From assembly GCA_013239625.1 (NCBI GenBank), contig MU053881.1, forward strand, positions 13,406,879 to 13,470,878: a stretch of 64,000 nt of DNA. The letters run 5' to 3'. How positions within the stretch are numbered: the first letter of the stretch is position 1; every line of letters begins with the position of its first letter. Below, one piece after another: positions 12,571 to 26,650 of the stretch. The position numbers and the translations under genes are program-made. The DNA is from Lama guanicoe. Lineage: Eukaryota. A model generated the notes under the pieces. That model ran no database searches. It saw only the letters and a program-made list of their open reading frames with translations, and was not told where the DNA came from.

Positions 12571-14659
12571 TTGGAACTGTCTGCAATTCAAATTTTACAA
12601 TTAGGGAGAATGATATTCTAAATAATATTTTGTGCTATCCACACCTATCATTTTAAAAAAGCATATCTTCCTTTTGCCTTCAACAGAGAGCAGAATATGT
12701 GAATTTAAAAGGAACATCTTTTAAAGGTATAAATCCCTAAAATGGAAAGAAAAAAATCTTACCATCAAATAGTTTCTTTTCAGCCTCTATGGCAGCAACT
12801 AGAGAGATGCAGAAGTCACTAAGGTCAAGAAGCATGTGAATGCTGTTGTGTGCGGACTTGTCCCCAAGGGGCTTATTCAGAGGACACCCAGCCTGGTGAA
12901 CATGGCACACATATGTCCTGTTTCCTTAGACTGTTGCAACACTTAAATGCATTTGGCAGTCTAAGCACATCGCTTCTCTCTGAAGGAGGTTTTCTGCTGA
13001 AGGTTATGCCATGCTTTCCACTAAAACATAATTCCGCTGGCTCTTTGTTAAGCCTCCTGTTCAGTGAAATCAAAGCCGTTGTCAATGGATATGGTTCACT
13101 GGAAAATGTAAACTGGCTTCGCGACCCAAGAGAAATGGATTAAGCAATGCAAGAGGTTTTGCACACACTCTCTCCACACAACATCTCTCTTTAGGGGGGA
13201 AGTTTTTACTGCAGTGTTTTTCATCGCACCTGCCAAATCTCTCTCTTCTGAAAACACAGATTCCCATTTCACATCAAAGAATGAGTAATGCCTTTGAGTG
13301 CCCAAAATATGTTTGTAATAATTGCTATTTCATCCTTTGGTGCCAGGACTAGACGAATGAAGTGCTTTATAGTAAAGGTCAGGAATGTGCTTCTGTCCCT
13401 TTGGTGTCCTGCTCAGACTGAGTGTGCCCACAGTCCACACAGGGCTAACGCAGCGAAGCTCACACGTGACAGCATCTCGCACAAACAGGGGCACCAGAAG
13501 CTTGCATAACGGAGCAGAGGTATCAAAGTTTTCTTTGGGGAGATAAAAATATGACACAGAAAAATACGATACAGAAAAACAAGCAGCCGGTTTTTCTCAG
13601 GAAGTCAGATCTGTGTTTATAGGGATACCGTGGCAAGAAATTTAGACTCCGAAGCGTGTTACACTGCTCAACTTGGTGTAAAGCAATTATCGCTACTCAT
13701 TGTTGTACACTGTCCCTGCTCTTTGCACATGCTGTCTCCACCACTGTATTTTACATCCAGCTTGGATTTGATTACCTGTATTTTAGCAAATTGCTTCGTA
13801 TACTTTTTCCACGTATCTTTGAAAAAACTGTTTAATTATAAAAACAGATGCCTCTTGATTTAAGCAGCTTTGCCATGATGAAAATTATCTACCTCAGTGA
13901 CAAAAGAGAATACAGGGGAGACGAGAAAGTAAAAATGACCTTAAAAATAATATGAAAGCTGGTGTGTGAAAAATAAAATCTCTTTCACATACTGGAAATT
14001 TAAAGGTGGAAAAACATTTACCATCCCATGAATCTCATCTCTTACTTTATGAATATAAGCCTTATCAATTTGAATACATTGTATTCAGTTATTTAAATTT
14101 CTCCTTGTATTCTTGACTGCAAAATAAAAATTATTAAGCATTTGAGAAGAAGAGCTAACATCTACTTCTGAATAACTCTAAAAATTACCCAGTTTGGGAT
14201 CAGTATTGTGCGTTATTAGTTGATGGACAAATTGTTGGCATTTTTTTACCCCCTATACTTTTTACCTCCCCTGTGTCTTCCCATCCTCACACATTCCTAT
14301 TGTAATATTTTTGACAAATTAAGGAAAGAATAACCTACAGAAGTTTCACCCCAAAATGCCATCCATTGAAAATCAAAGTGCTCATTTTTTAAGTTTATTG
14401 CTCATGTTAATGTCCCTTAGGTGTCAGCTGCAACTCTGTCCCATGTCCTTTTTTTTTTTCTGGAATCGAGGAGAAAAGATCATCTCCTTTCTTAGCTATA
14501 CCAGCCTTGAAGCCTCTTCCTGAACATGACATCACTCCTTTCACTCTCATTTCACAGCAAGCCTTGTTGTAAACCACGCTTCCTTGGGGGAGGGGATATA
14601 CTCCTCCTGTAAGAGGAGACACCAGGGTGTGTCCACAAGGCAGAGGGTATTTTAAACAA

Positions 14660-15035
14660 ATAGCACAACACACACCAGACCTGGGAAAGGGATCCTCAAA
14701 GGAGCTGAGGAGGCAAGGAAAGCCTGAGGCAGCACGGTCTCAGTGCTGTTGATGGATGAGATGTGAGTAACTAAAAACTGTTAGTCCACCCAGAACATTC
14801 CATGCAGGAGAAACAGCGAATAGAAATAGCATGAGACGCAAGTAAGCATGGCCTTTCGGAGAATGGAAAGAAATAGAGGTGACGTAAAGACAGAGCTGGG
14901 GAGGTTGAGAAATACTGAGATGAGTGTGTAGAAGTGAGTGGGGGCAAGACTCTGCAGGCACGTGTAGGTCTCGTAAGGATTTAAACGTTTACCCTAGCGG
15001 AGGGGGCAGTGAAGCATTTTAAACAAGGGGGTGAT
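14660..15035 (-). mobile_element. L2 LINE fragment
   Basis: 'aagaacattccatgcaggagaaacagc'-like and 'gaagcattttaaacaagggggtga' antisense L2 motifs. Confidence 0.55.
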
Positions 15036-16904
15036 TTCTCTGGTAGTTCTTGTGAATCTCTCTTGGTGGGCTTCTCTAACCTGGAGATCTCCCCATGCCC
15101 CAGATCTTCCTAAGAGTATTGTTATAACTCCTTAAGAAGAGAAAGTAGAGCCATGTTTTTGTTGTTTCACTGCCAGATCCACCCAAATGTAGTGACTCAG
15201 AAGGACGTCAGGAGCCCCCTCCCTTCCTCCCAGGGAGCAGTCTATACCTGATCACCTCTAAGGCTCCAGTTCTCCCCAGTCCCCGGAATCCTTCTGTACT
15301 CCCATCTAGTCTCCCTGATGAGCTGCAAAGGGAGTGCACGGTGACATGGCAAGTCTGTGCTGAAGCCCTTTGCCCTGCAGAGTCAAGGAGAGAACCTCGG
15401 CAGGGAGTTGCAGCAGTTTAGGATGGGGCATCTGGGCAAATTACTTCTAAGTAGAGCATTCAGTTTGGAAAAGGTGCTGCATGGGCTTCAGATGTTTTCA
15501 GCAGAAATAAATGCCACCACCTCGTTGCCGTGGCAACCATCATTCCATCCCGATGTGAACTCAGAGCTTCCTCAGCCATTCCGTGGAGAACTGCGCCATC
15601 CCTAAAAGGATGTGCCGTTCCTCTTAGCCTGTCTACCTACTCCTAGGAATACAGGGCTGTTTTATGTGTTGCTTCAGCTGCCACCATCCAATTCCAGATG
15701 CTGGTCAATTAAGAGGAAAATAAACAAAAGAAAAAAACACCCACCATGTGTTTCGCTAGTTCAATACCTGGGAAACCTATTAGTCAATATGTGTATCTGC
15801 TGTGGAGAGCACGTTGTGTTTGTTAGGCTTGCAATATCACGTTCTCTATCTGAGAATCATCAGAATTCCAAATTCCAATTCATAGTAAGTGATCTCAAGT
15901 GCTCCACTGTGTCAGTTTACCTTCCAGGTGATCATTTGGGAAACCAGTGTCCTCCCCTCCTGTGAGTCTCCTGTCCTCTACAGTCTAAGTCCTCCCGTTC
16001 TGTCACTAGATGAGGAAGTATTTCATAGAGCAAGTATTTCATAGAGCAAGTGTGGAAGGGGGAGCATGTTAACTTCTGCCTCACACTCCATATTCCATGA
16101 GCCACAGCCCAGCCATATGGCCACACTCAACTAATAGAACAGCTGGAAAATAAAGGAGAGCTGTAAGGACAAGAAATAACAGAAACAGATTTGCAACACA
16201 GCTAAGTAGTCTCTACCATATACGTTATATCTTTAACCTTAAAATTGGGGGATAAAAGGATAAATTTTATATATATTTTGCCACAAAAATATTGGGGGGA
16301 TGGGATCTTCAGAAATAGTCAATTTCTGGTTCATTGAAATTTACTAAAAACAAAAAAATCCTTTGGGGGTCCTGCTCTCACTGTTGAAAGTAACATTCAA
16401 TTAGTTCATTTTTGTGTCTTATTTAGTATGACATGGTTTGCAATTCCTGGCATCCAGGTTGAGGGTCCAGAGGCTGATTAAGACTTCTAGCCAACAAAAA
16501 GGAAATAAATATTATTCAGAATTAAAATGAAGTAATAAAATATTTAATTCTAGAACTTATACTGGATTATGTAATGCTATGTAACATAATGGACAAAACC
16601 TGCAATTGTGTTACATTTAGCGGAGCTGGATGCCAGTATTTTAAAGTTAAAATTGGCTCTTTAATTAACATTGAACCTTAAAAGACCATTAACTTGAGAA
16701 CATTAAGAACTTCAATTAATCAAAATTTCATTTTCCTAACTTTTTTTTATCACAATATTAACCACACATGACTTTCCACATGTGAGAAGTTGAGAAATAA
16801 TTGGATTTTTTCTTTGCACTCTGATCCCAGATACTTTTCTGTGATGATGACTTAAAATTGTGCAAATTATGACTGACTCTTAGCATGTTTTTTCTCTCAG
16901 CATC

Positions 16905-17520
16905 CATCATTTCATTTATTTTTCCAACACATAGTTATTGAGTGTTTATTATTTTCAGGCACTGTGTCAGACAGTGGGAACACAGAGATTAACAAATGGA
17001 GCGAAAAAGTGCAGTGTATATTCTATAGAGGAACAAGAATATCACACAAAGGGAAAAAAGTTTATTAACAATCATATGATGTTTTTCTCAAAAAACACAG
17101 CTCCATCATGCGCACGTAGAACTAGAAACACATCTATGGTTTGTGTAGCCAGCCCCAGCTGGTTGCAAGCAGAGGGGAAGTGGTTTGGAAAGAGCGTTTT
17201 GGGCACTGCTGGTACAAAGACGCTGGTTGGGAAGAGGGGTAGTAATGATGGAACCCCACGGTGAGGGAGAGGGAAAAGGGACATGACCTAGTAATGGAGA
17301 ATTAGATAAGGCCAGATTAAGCATGGCCTTAAAAACCATAAAGGATTTTGGACTTGTTCCTGAGAACAAGGTGGAGCCGTTAACATTTTAGAGCAGGACA
17401 TCAGTTACAACTTGGAAAGATGACACTGGTTGTTCTTTAGATAATACAATAGAAGGACATCAGCCAGGAGGCTGTTACTTTCCTTTAGGTAAGAATAACC
17501 AGAAATCAATGCTAGAAGTT
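16905..17520 (-). mobile_element. L2 LINE fragment(s)
   Basis: 'ttattgagtgtttattattttcaggcactgtg' and 'ggccagattaagcatggccttaaaaaccataaaggattttggacttgttcctgag'. Confidence 0.6.
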
Positions 17521-18234
17521 TACTAGTAAGGAAAGAAGTGGGGGGGCGGGGAAGTAGGGGGAGACAATAAGAGGGTAACGGATTTATAATTATAGAAAAT
17601 GTAGGAAGCACATACAGGAAAGCATAGGAAACATGTGAGTGATTACAAATCTGAAAGGATGGGTATCTTCTCTCTCAGCTTGCTTTTAGAAATCAACTCT
17701 GGAGTGAACACCTTTGAAATTTCTTTTCCAGTCCTCTGTTAAGTTACATAAATGGAGGATAAAATAAATCAGTTTTCCATGGTTTTAATAACCTCCTCAG
17801 TCTGGTGCTACCAAAACTCACCTACACAATGTACTTTATTATTGGCTAGTGTGTGCCAGGAACTGTGTTAGGTCCTGGAGATAAAGCAGTGAAGAAGAGA
17901 GAGTTTCTTCACTCATAGATTTTATAGTCTGTTGGGTTTCCAGGGTGCATCTACTCAGACAATTTTATCCAACTGAATATTCTGCCTTTTTATTTGTTTG
18001 TTTGTTTATTATCGAAATGTCTTTCTACATTTTATTCTAGGCTATGGCCACAGCACTTGAAATTATCAAAGTATCCATTAATGGAGTCTATCAAATGCTT
18101 TGGACATACCGGCTATGGTGGCAAGTTGAAATCCAGAAGTTTGTGTATTTCCATTGGGAATACACATTTTAAAAACCAGATACACTACCTGGGTACTTAA
18201 TTTCAACTATAGAAAATTTTAAAAGTACATGGCT

Positions 18235-18288
18235 GCCAAGATACGGAAGCAGCCTAAGTGTCCATCAACAGATGAATAGATAAAGAAG

Positions 18289-18331
<43 letters not shown>

Positions 18332-18705
18332 CTGGAATACTACTCAGCCATAAAAAGAAATGAAATTTTTCCATTTGCAGCAACATGAATGGTTTTGAAA
18401 GGCATTCTGCTAAGTGAAATAAGTCAGAGAAAGACAAATACTATATGATATCACTTATGTGTGGAATCTAAGAAAAAATGCAATACTCTAGTGAATACAA
18501 CAAAAAAGAAGCAGACTCACCAATATAGAGAACAAAGTAATGGCTACCAGCGGAGGGGAGAGGCGAGATAAGGGTGGGGGAGTAGGACGTATGAACTATT
18601 GGGTGTAAGACGGACTCAAAGATGTACAACACGGTGAATATAGCCAATATTTTATAATAACTATAAATGGAAACTAACCTTTAAAATTGTATATTTTTTC
18701 AAGTT
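18235..18705 (+). mobile_element. 5'-truncated L1 3' end with internal (CA)n
   Basis: 'gccaagatacggaagcagcctaagtgtccatcaacagatgaatagataaagaag...ggaatactactcagccataaaaag...atcacttatgtgtggaatctaa'. (CA)n at about 18291-18327. Confidence 0.88.
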
Positions 18706-18899
18706 AAAAGAAAGATAGCTGCAAAATTGAATCAAAGTATGCTTTCACTTCTGTCATTTAATGGTTGAAGCATTGGGTCTTTAGTCTATTCCTCATCACA
18801 AAATGTCCTTTCTTCCTTTATCTTCAAACTCTCCATCCTCAAAAACTTTGCTAATCCATAACTTTGTTCCACTACAAAATCTCCTATAACTACGATTAT

Positions 18900-20115
18900 A
18901 TATAGTCTTTACGTCACCATCAGATTCTTGAGACAGTAGTCTATGTTTTTTTCTAATCCTCACCATTCTCTACTTCTTCAGCTACAATCTGATTTATACC
19001 TCCACAAAAGTCACTATAAATGGCTCAGGTCAACAGCGACCTACAGTTACAAAGTGTCCTGGGCAACTGTAGCTCTCATTTTACCTGCTCTCTCTGCTGT
19101 GCTTGACAGAGCTGGCCCTTCCATCTTTTCTGAGCTTCTGAAACACTTATTCTCTTCTTTGATAGCACCGAGTCTTTAGAAACATGGACTCTCTGTCTCC
19201 TTCAGTTGCTCCTTTCTCCTGTACAATTCTTCAGACATCCATTGTTCCTAGGGTTCCATTTTATACCCTCCATTCTTCTTACCCTTTATAATCTCCCCTG
19301 CTGATAATTTCAAATATGATTTATGATCTATTTATGTGCTGTTGACTCTCAATTTTTTATCATCAATTTCCACTTACCTATAAAATTCCAAGTTTATATA
19401 CACAAATTCATGTTTTTTTAATCACTTCAAACTTGAAGCCCAAACTGACTTGAAATGGCTCTGTATTACATCCACAGATCCACCATGTGCTAATAAACCC
19501 ACCAAGGCAACTCAGCTTCCATTTCTCCAAAATCCACATCTACTTGGTTGATAAACATCATTGAGTTTATCTCCCTAATATCACCAAGTCTCTTCACTGC
19601 TTCCCAGGGACTCAGCATTGTCAGCACCTCTTCATCTTTCCCTGGATCTTCCCAACAACCTCTAATTTGCTCTAGCCTTCAGTGGCCCATTCTTGCTTTC
19701 AAGATAAGTTCCAAACTACTTGAAAGAGCCGAGAGACTTCACTATCTGGCCAAATCTCTCTCTTTTTTTTCTCTTCCCCAGCTACAAGCGAAACCAGTTA
19801 TGTTTGCTTAATATTTCAGTATTAACATCAAAGTGTTATCATTTTCCCTGTGAAGCCTCCCTTGTTTGTCTCTTGTGGTAGAATTAGCCACCTCTTCCTC
19901 CTGGAATCCGTAGCTCAGTGTGTGTTCTTCTTTTATATTGCTTATAACATTGCATTGTAATAGGTTACTTCCATGCCTGTCTTCCACCTTGGGATTTGGG
20001 GGTTTGAAAAAACAATTTATTCATATTTATGTCCCTAACACCTAGCACAGCCTAAGCTTATTGTTGGTGTCTGATTTTATTGAGGATAAAAAACATAAAT
20101 AAGCAAATACATGAA
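18900..20115 (+). mobile_element. Degraded L2 LINE (ORF end and 3'UTR)
   Basis: L2 motifs 'ctcattttacctgctctctctgctgtgcttgacagagctggcccttcc', 'tgttcctagggttccatt', 'tatgtgctgttgactctcaaa'-like, and a terminal 'cctaacacctagcacagcct'. Confidence 0.65.
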
Positions 20116-20999
20116 TTAATTTTAAAATGTCAGGAGTTACACTGATGGTCTGTGGTCTGATATCCTACGCTATTAAAATTTTAAGAGAATTTTGATTATG
20201 TAGTTTGCCTAGACTATTGCAAATCCGAAAGCAATTCCAAAAGAGGAAATACATACTCAGTTGATTCTAGATTTCAGTACTTCGAGTATTAACAACCCAC
20301 TCTTCCATAATTTAGAAATCCTGTCTTTGGACTTTATGGGAACAGTCGTTAGCCCCATGCTAGGGATAATTAATGAGAATTAAATGATAGCTTCTTATAC
20401 AACTACTGAGAGTAAAAGTAAACACAAACTTTCATGAAAGCAATTTGGCAATGTATTTTAATAGGCTTTCAAAAGTTCATGCCAATTTATCCAGTAATTT
20501 TATTTCTGGGAGTCTGTCTTAAGGACCCAAGCAGAGTACCTAGACATATTTAGGTAAAAGGATATTTGCCACAATGTTATTGTGTCTTCAGGACTCTCGG
20601 CAGGAAATGGAGTCAGGGAAAGTAAATAAGGATGATGAATTCTAAGACTGACTATTATACAGTCATTTCAATCAATGTTTCTAAAGGGAGTAAGAAATAT
20701 AAATAAGAAACTAGAAATAGGAGATCTATAAAAATACAGAGTGAGATTGCACATCTTTAAAAAAAAGTGTACAGTACATAATATTGGAAATACATGCATG
20801 AAAATAGACTGGAGGAAGACATAACAGAACACATGTAATGATTCAGTGTTATAAAGATAAACATGAATTATCTTTTTTAGAAATTATCTTGAATCATATA
20901 TTGATTTTATCATCTGAAAAAAATGGCCAACACATAAATGTACCCACTGGATCTATTTTGTGCCTGTCCACTTTTCCATGAATTCTTCTCAGAGATCGG

Positions 21000-21548
21000 T
21001 TACTGATTCCTGCAGAGAGTTCAGGATGCTACGTGACCCTGAGCCACATATTGCCCTAGATTTAGCCTATATATTGGGTGCTTAGACACTGATTGAACAG
21101 AAAATGGAAGCTTGACAAAGGAAAGAGTTCACTTGACATTTTAAAAACAGGATATCAAGGTGTTAGTCGGTTAGCATTTGGAACCAAAGAAGAAGTTATA
21201 ATAAACAAAGAAGCAATGGAACCCAAGGAGGTAGAAGGAAATCATGGCTATGATCCACTGAGAGCACAAAGACGCAGAGGCAGTGATTTGACATTGAGAG
21301 AGACTTGACTGGGCAAGTCTAGCAAGGCTGGACCACCCAGCACGCAGCCCCTGAGAGGGGCAGAAAGAGCAAGGTCTAGTTCTGATAGTGTTCCTACTTC
21401 TATGCTTCCTGACTGTATTGTCTAGTCATTTCTGCACCCCAAGCTCCAATGAAATATATATATATCATCAAATAAATTCCCTCTCCTTCCTTCCTTGAGG
21501 TCACCTGAACCACTGTTCCTTGCAACCAAAATAATACTAAATAGGCAG
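21000..21548 (+). mobile_element. Ancient ERVL/MaLR-type LTR remnant
   Basis: 3' end 'aataaattccctctcc...ctgttccttgcaaccaaaa' is typical of old ERVL/MaLR LTR termini. 5' boundary uncertain. Confidence 0.45.
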
Positions 21549-22594
21549 GATATGTAAGACTGTTGGTTGTTGAAAGATTTAATGATTCCTCATGTCTATT
21601 GTCTTTACCTGTTGTTAATTTCACTTGTCCCGCAGGACTCTAATCGTTCCTCGTAGCACTTAGCCTGTTTGGCCTTGCAATACAGCCAAACCCTCCCGGA
21701 GAGGGCAAGCCCCATGCCATTCTTTACTGCTCTTAATTTTATTCCTTAAATCTCTTCAGTCAACAAATACTAATCCAGTGCCTACTTTTCCCCAGCACTG
21801 AGTTAGGCTCTGGGGATACAGGAATCAACAAGACAGACATTGTTTCTGATGCTGTGGGGCTTAACGGTGGAGTGCAGGGAAGTAAATTCTAGGTGTTACG
21901 GTGTTACATTGAATGAAGACTCAATTAAACATCACTCACTTAGTTAATTGGGAAAGTTGGGTGTTCTTTAAATGTTTCAAAGCCAATTTCATCGTATTTT
22001 ATCTCAAATGAATTACTGAATTACTGGGAAGAAATTCTGGTCTCAATTGGATCTTTACGACTTTTGAATAAGATATTTTGCCATTTTCACTTTCCTTTTT
22101 GCTACTGCTGAGGAATTTCCATTCTGCTCTCCATGAGAAACAGAGAAACATGGTGCACAAAACCTCATTAAGTACTATTTGGGTGCTACGTGCAAAGGAG
22201 CAGGCATAGAGAGCTGTTTTCTAAGGTAGTTTCATTTGAATGTTTTATAAAATACAGATAATTTAGGAATGTGCTTTTCATTTGTTTATTTGATTTTGGC
22301 TTTGTGATGAGAGTTATTTAAAAATTTCTCCCTTAAGCCTCATCCACATTTCAGAACCAGAGTTGATAAATGAAAGAGTGATTCATATCACTAGGGTACT
22401 GGTTAAATATTATAGTACATTAGTACTGTGGTAGGGTTAGTATTCAGTACTGCTAGCTATTATGAAACATTTAAAAAAAATTAAGTAGAGCTGTATGATG
22501 GTATAAAAGATGTTCAAGATATATATATATGTGTATTCTATCCACATATCTGAGAAAGAATATGCATTTGTATGTGTGTAGTAATCTTTGTAAA

Positions 22595-23082
22595 TTGTCC
22601 ACTTAGCATTTTTACCTTCTTCTCAGAATCCAAGTTGTCTGCAGAAATTCACGTTTCCTGTATGCATCCCATGTGTCTCCAGGGACTTAAGATTATCCAA
22701 ATTCTTCTTCCTCACCAGTAATTGGTTGAGGAATGTGTTCCAATGGAGCCCTATGGGATGTGAGAAGATGTTTGCTGGGGACCACCTAGGAAAGTTCTTC
22801 TTCCTCTTCTGGGATAGTTTGAGAGCAGCTCTGTCTTTCTTAGGATGTTACTGTAGGTGGATTAAGACCCAGAACGGCTGAAGCCATCCTACTAAAAGCT
22901 CAATACACAATGGAGGCAGAGTCCAACAAGGAGTCACAGGAAGCATAGCCAGAGGCACTGGATTAAGTCAACCTGGAAATCTGCATTTATTTAGACTTTC
23001 GGTAAGGTGAGCTGATAAGTGTCCTCAGTGCTCAAGCTAGCTGCCCTTGTATATTTAGCTTGTTGCATCCAGAATCTCCTTG
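22595..23082 (+). mobile_element. MLT1-like (ERVL-MaLR) LTR
   Basis: 'gtaattggttgaggaatgtg...gtgagctgataagtgtcctc...tcaagctag...ttgttgcatccagaa' resembles old MLT1 LTRs. Confidence 0.55.
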
Positions 23083-23424
23083 AGATTTTGCATGTTGGTA
23101 TATGTGTATGAGCACGTCAATTCATTGCACAGGGACAGGAAGAATGCATATCCACTAGCAAAGAAAAATAATGGAAAAAGGGAGTTTAAGAGAAGAAAAA
23201 GGAGTTTGCCACTTTTTATTCTGTACAATTTTTACAATTACATAATGGATATTTAAGGGTATGTTTAAAATGTAAAATAAAATGGAAATATTATGAACCA
23301 TTTTATTTTCTAATAGTGTGCTCTTTCACTTTTCCCTAGAAAACCACCTCCTAATTTCCAGTAAAATCACTGATGAATCCACCAGGAAGTCCATTGATGA
23401 ACATTTCAAGTTGTAAATGTTGGC

Positions 23425-23575
23425 AGCATATAGTGTATTGGAAAGCAGATAGGAGTCAGTGTCAGGAGATTTAGGTCCTGTTTCTTTCTGCCACTAATTT
23501 AGGTGTCTGTCCTCAGGTAAAGCATAGAACCATTCTTGGTCTGCTTTCTGTCATCGGTAGAGTGAAAAGAATGAA
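23425..23575 (+). mobile_element. MIR SINE fragment
   Basis: 'gtcaggagatttaggtcctgtttctttctgccactaatttaggtgtctgtcctcaggtaaag' is MIR-like. Confidence 0.55.
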
Positions 23576-26459
23576 CTCAAACATCCATCCTAAACATTTT
23601 TCACCCTTCTCTGATTGTTTTGGTTCTAACCCGTATCCACAAATTAAACAGTTTAGATTGGATAGTCGCTAAAGACAAAGAAAGGGACGAGATGAATTGG
23701 CAAAGTTTATTACCAGTGATTCCATATCTGTGGTATCTTGTGGTACCTGGAGAATAATGAGCAAAAGCATGTAGAAATATGGTTCATTTCATTAATTCTT
23801 TATTCTTGAGTTAGTGTGTTGCAATGGTCATTAAAATAAAGCCTGCAAAAGGAACTGGATTTCTTTATCAATTAATTCATTTTTCTCTTAACTTGTAGTT
23901 TTGGAATTTCATCTATATAAAGATGTTTTCTTTTATCAGGTCAAAAGTATATTCACTTTATTCTTAAGCATTAAGCCCATTTTTCTTTTCTGTTCTTTTC
24001 TTTCTTTCTTTCTTTTTTTTTTTTCTGGTCTCTCCCCCCACCCCTTTTATTTCAGGTCCATGAGTAAAAGAAAGAGTAGGTCTTTGGAATGACAAAATGA
24101 ACCCTTTGGCAATTGACAGAGCTGTTCAGTTACTTTCTTATCATGTTTTTGCTCAAGACAAGTTTGGTTAAAAAAAAATACGTTAACAAAAAATACTAGC
24201 ATATTCCAACTGTATTTTCTTCTCCTCTGTTGTTTTTTTTCTTATACAAATAAATGCATTTACATTTGATTAATTACCCAAATATTTTCTGACCATAATG
24301 TAATTAACTTCTTTGCTGGCTATTTATTCTTACTTTTTAAACAAATAATTGGTGCTAATGGCTTCTTACAAGATAATATTTTATCATCCTCAAATGTGAT
24401 TTAGTATACTTTTTCTTAGGAATCAAAAATTCTTGAGAAATAGTTCTGGGGAAATAAAGTCTCCAATGTACAGATGATGAAGTGAAAGTCTTAAGATGCT
24501 AATTATGTTTTTCCTAATTAGTTAGCTAATTATATGGCCAGTCAGCCCAGATTTTAAAAGAAAATGAGATCCAGGTTCTTCCTCCCTCCCTTTTTGGCCT
24601 TATGTTTTTCTAAAGCATCATTCAATTTACTTTCTGGCAGAAAAATGATGAAGTTAAAATATGTCCAGGTATTTGCAAGTATTATTAAAATGTGCTTCAG
24701 GTGGGAAAATATAACAATTTCAGTTTGTAATATTCCTGTATTCACAATTAACCCTTGTTTCTCAGACTAGTGGAGCTGTCAGGCCAGTGAGATGGTGTGA
24801 ACACAGTGTAATATCTGGACCCCAACAGAGTCCCCAGTTAATGCACCCGTGTTCCATGCACTGGGGAGAGAGATTGATGGAAAGGTGCCAGAGACATAGG
24901 AAGATGATCTGATGTCCTTTCAAGTGGGTGTGATTACACCCTGGCTCACACAGAGCACACAGAGAGCAGGGGAGAGCTGGACCCAGGATGGAGGGCTGGT
25001 GCTTATGTCCTCAAGTGTCCATTATGGTGCCAGTGATACCGCAGGGCAATGTAAAGATCCCATCAAGGTCTTGTCATCGTCAAATTGGCGGGCATAGGAT
25101 GAAGAAGGCTCGCACGCTTCTGGATATCCCCAGCCGATTCTGAGACACGTACGTGAATGCTCATCGGGCCCAATAACAAAAAAACCACCAGTATGACTGT
25201 AAATCATGAATTTTTAAAGCATTCCACTCTCAGGGAGCTGAGACTTCAGTCTAACTGAGGTCTTTCCCATGCAAATTAGCCAGATTGCTATCTCTTGCCT
25301 GTCACTGCTATTTGAAGCAAACGTGAATGCAGTCAGGACTCACAAAGCAGTTATGAAATTTAAGGACTCTTCCGTGTGCTACTTTATTTTTCAAGCTGGT
25401 CAAAATAGCCATCTGACTTTTGTGACAGGTAATTAAGGTTCCTGCTAAGCTCTGTTAAATGGAACTTTTCGTATAAGCGGGTGCCTGCCCTCGGCACTGT
25501 TCAAACATCCGTGGCTGTGCTTACACCAGTCTGTGCTCATCCCCCAAGACTCCCCAGAATACAGATTCTCAGGCTTCGTTTGCTCTCTGGATTCTGATGA
25601 GTGTCGGTGGGGGTAGATTTTTAAACACCAGGTTCTGTGTGGAGGAAATTCTTAAATAGTAGTGCTATGTGCAATGCTAATTCTTTTGAAAGGTTGAAAA
25701 AAAAAAACTCGATGTTCCTTATATAACATGATCTATTTATATTCTGTCACTAAGGAGAGTCAGCTGCATTTATGTTCAGGGTGAATAGAACAATTTATTT
25801 GTACTTTCCCATCCAACTGATCACTGCTGGTTTACCCAACTCACTGACAGCACTGAGCAAGATCATGAGAATTTTTCAGATGCAGTAATATGTTTGGAAC
25901 TGAAATATTTAACATAAAAAATTAACGTAAGAGTTCCATAAACAGAGAAAATTTAGCACCAGAGTTTCTGTATCTTCCTCTAGTATCAGTTGAAATATTA
26001 AGTTCCATCGGATAATGTTACGCCTGACAACAGTTACTAAGAGGTTCTTACAGTCTTAATCCCAAATTGGATACTTTGAAACCTCCTTCAGTATTTCCAA
26101 CAGCTGGTAGTGACTAGTGACATCCAAGTGAGTTTTTAAAACCAATAAAAAGCTCCTTGAATGACTATAAAGCAAATTCTAGGATTGTGACTATTATAGA
26201 AAGTTCAGGAAGAGAGGGAGGCAGATTCGAGATTACACAGCTTCTGAAACCAAAATCTGACTATGATTTCATAAGACTGTTAATCACGTCTCCTTCAGTT
26301 ACGAGTGGAAATCCCCGTGGAACATCAATGCTCCTTTATTTATACCCCTCTTTTCTCTAGGCTTCTCTTAATTCTTGTGTTTGCTTCTACTACTTATTCA
26401 ATGTTTAGCATATACTTTCTTCTGTTTGCATTTTCCCCATAATAGAAAGTGTGTTGTAT

Positions 26460-26650
26460 GCTGCACTGTCTGGAGCACATTACAGGCTCTCAGTGCATCT
26501 TCCCCAAAACCTTCTGTAGTCAGGACCACTGTTACACCCGTTCACAGATGTGAAAACTGAGGTTTGGAAGATGAAGTAACATACTTCAAGGATGCAGCTT
26601 GTAAGTGATGGAGAGAGGCTGTGAGTCCTGACCACCTGACTTCACCTTCC
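26460..26650 (-). mobile_element. MIR SINE
   Basis: MIR core in antisense: 'cccgttcacagatgtgaaaactgaggtttggaagatgaagtaac'. Confidence 0.75.
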
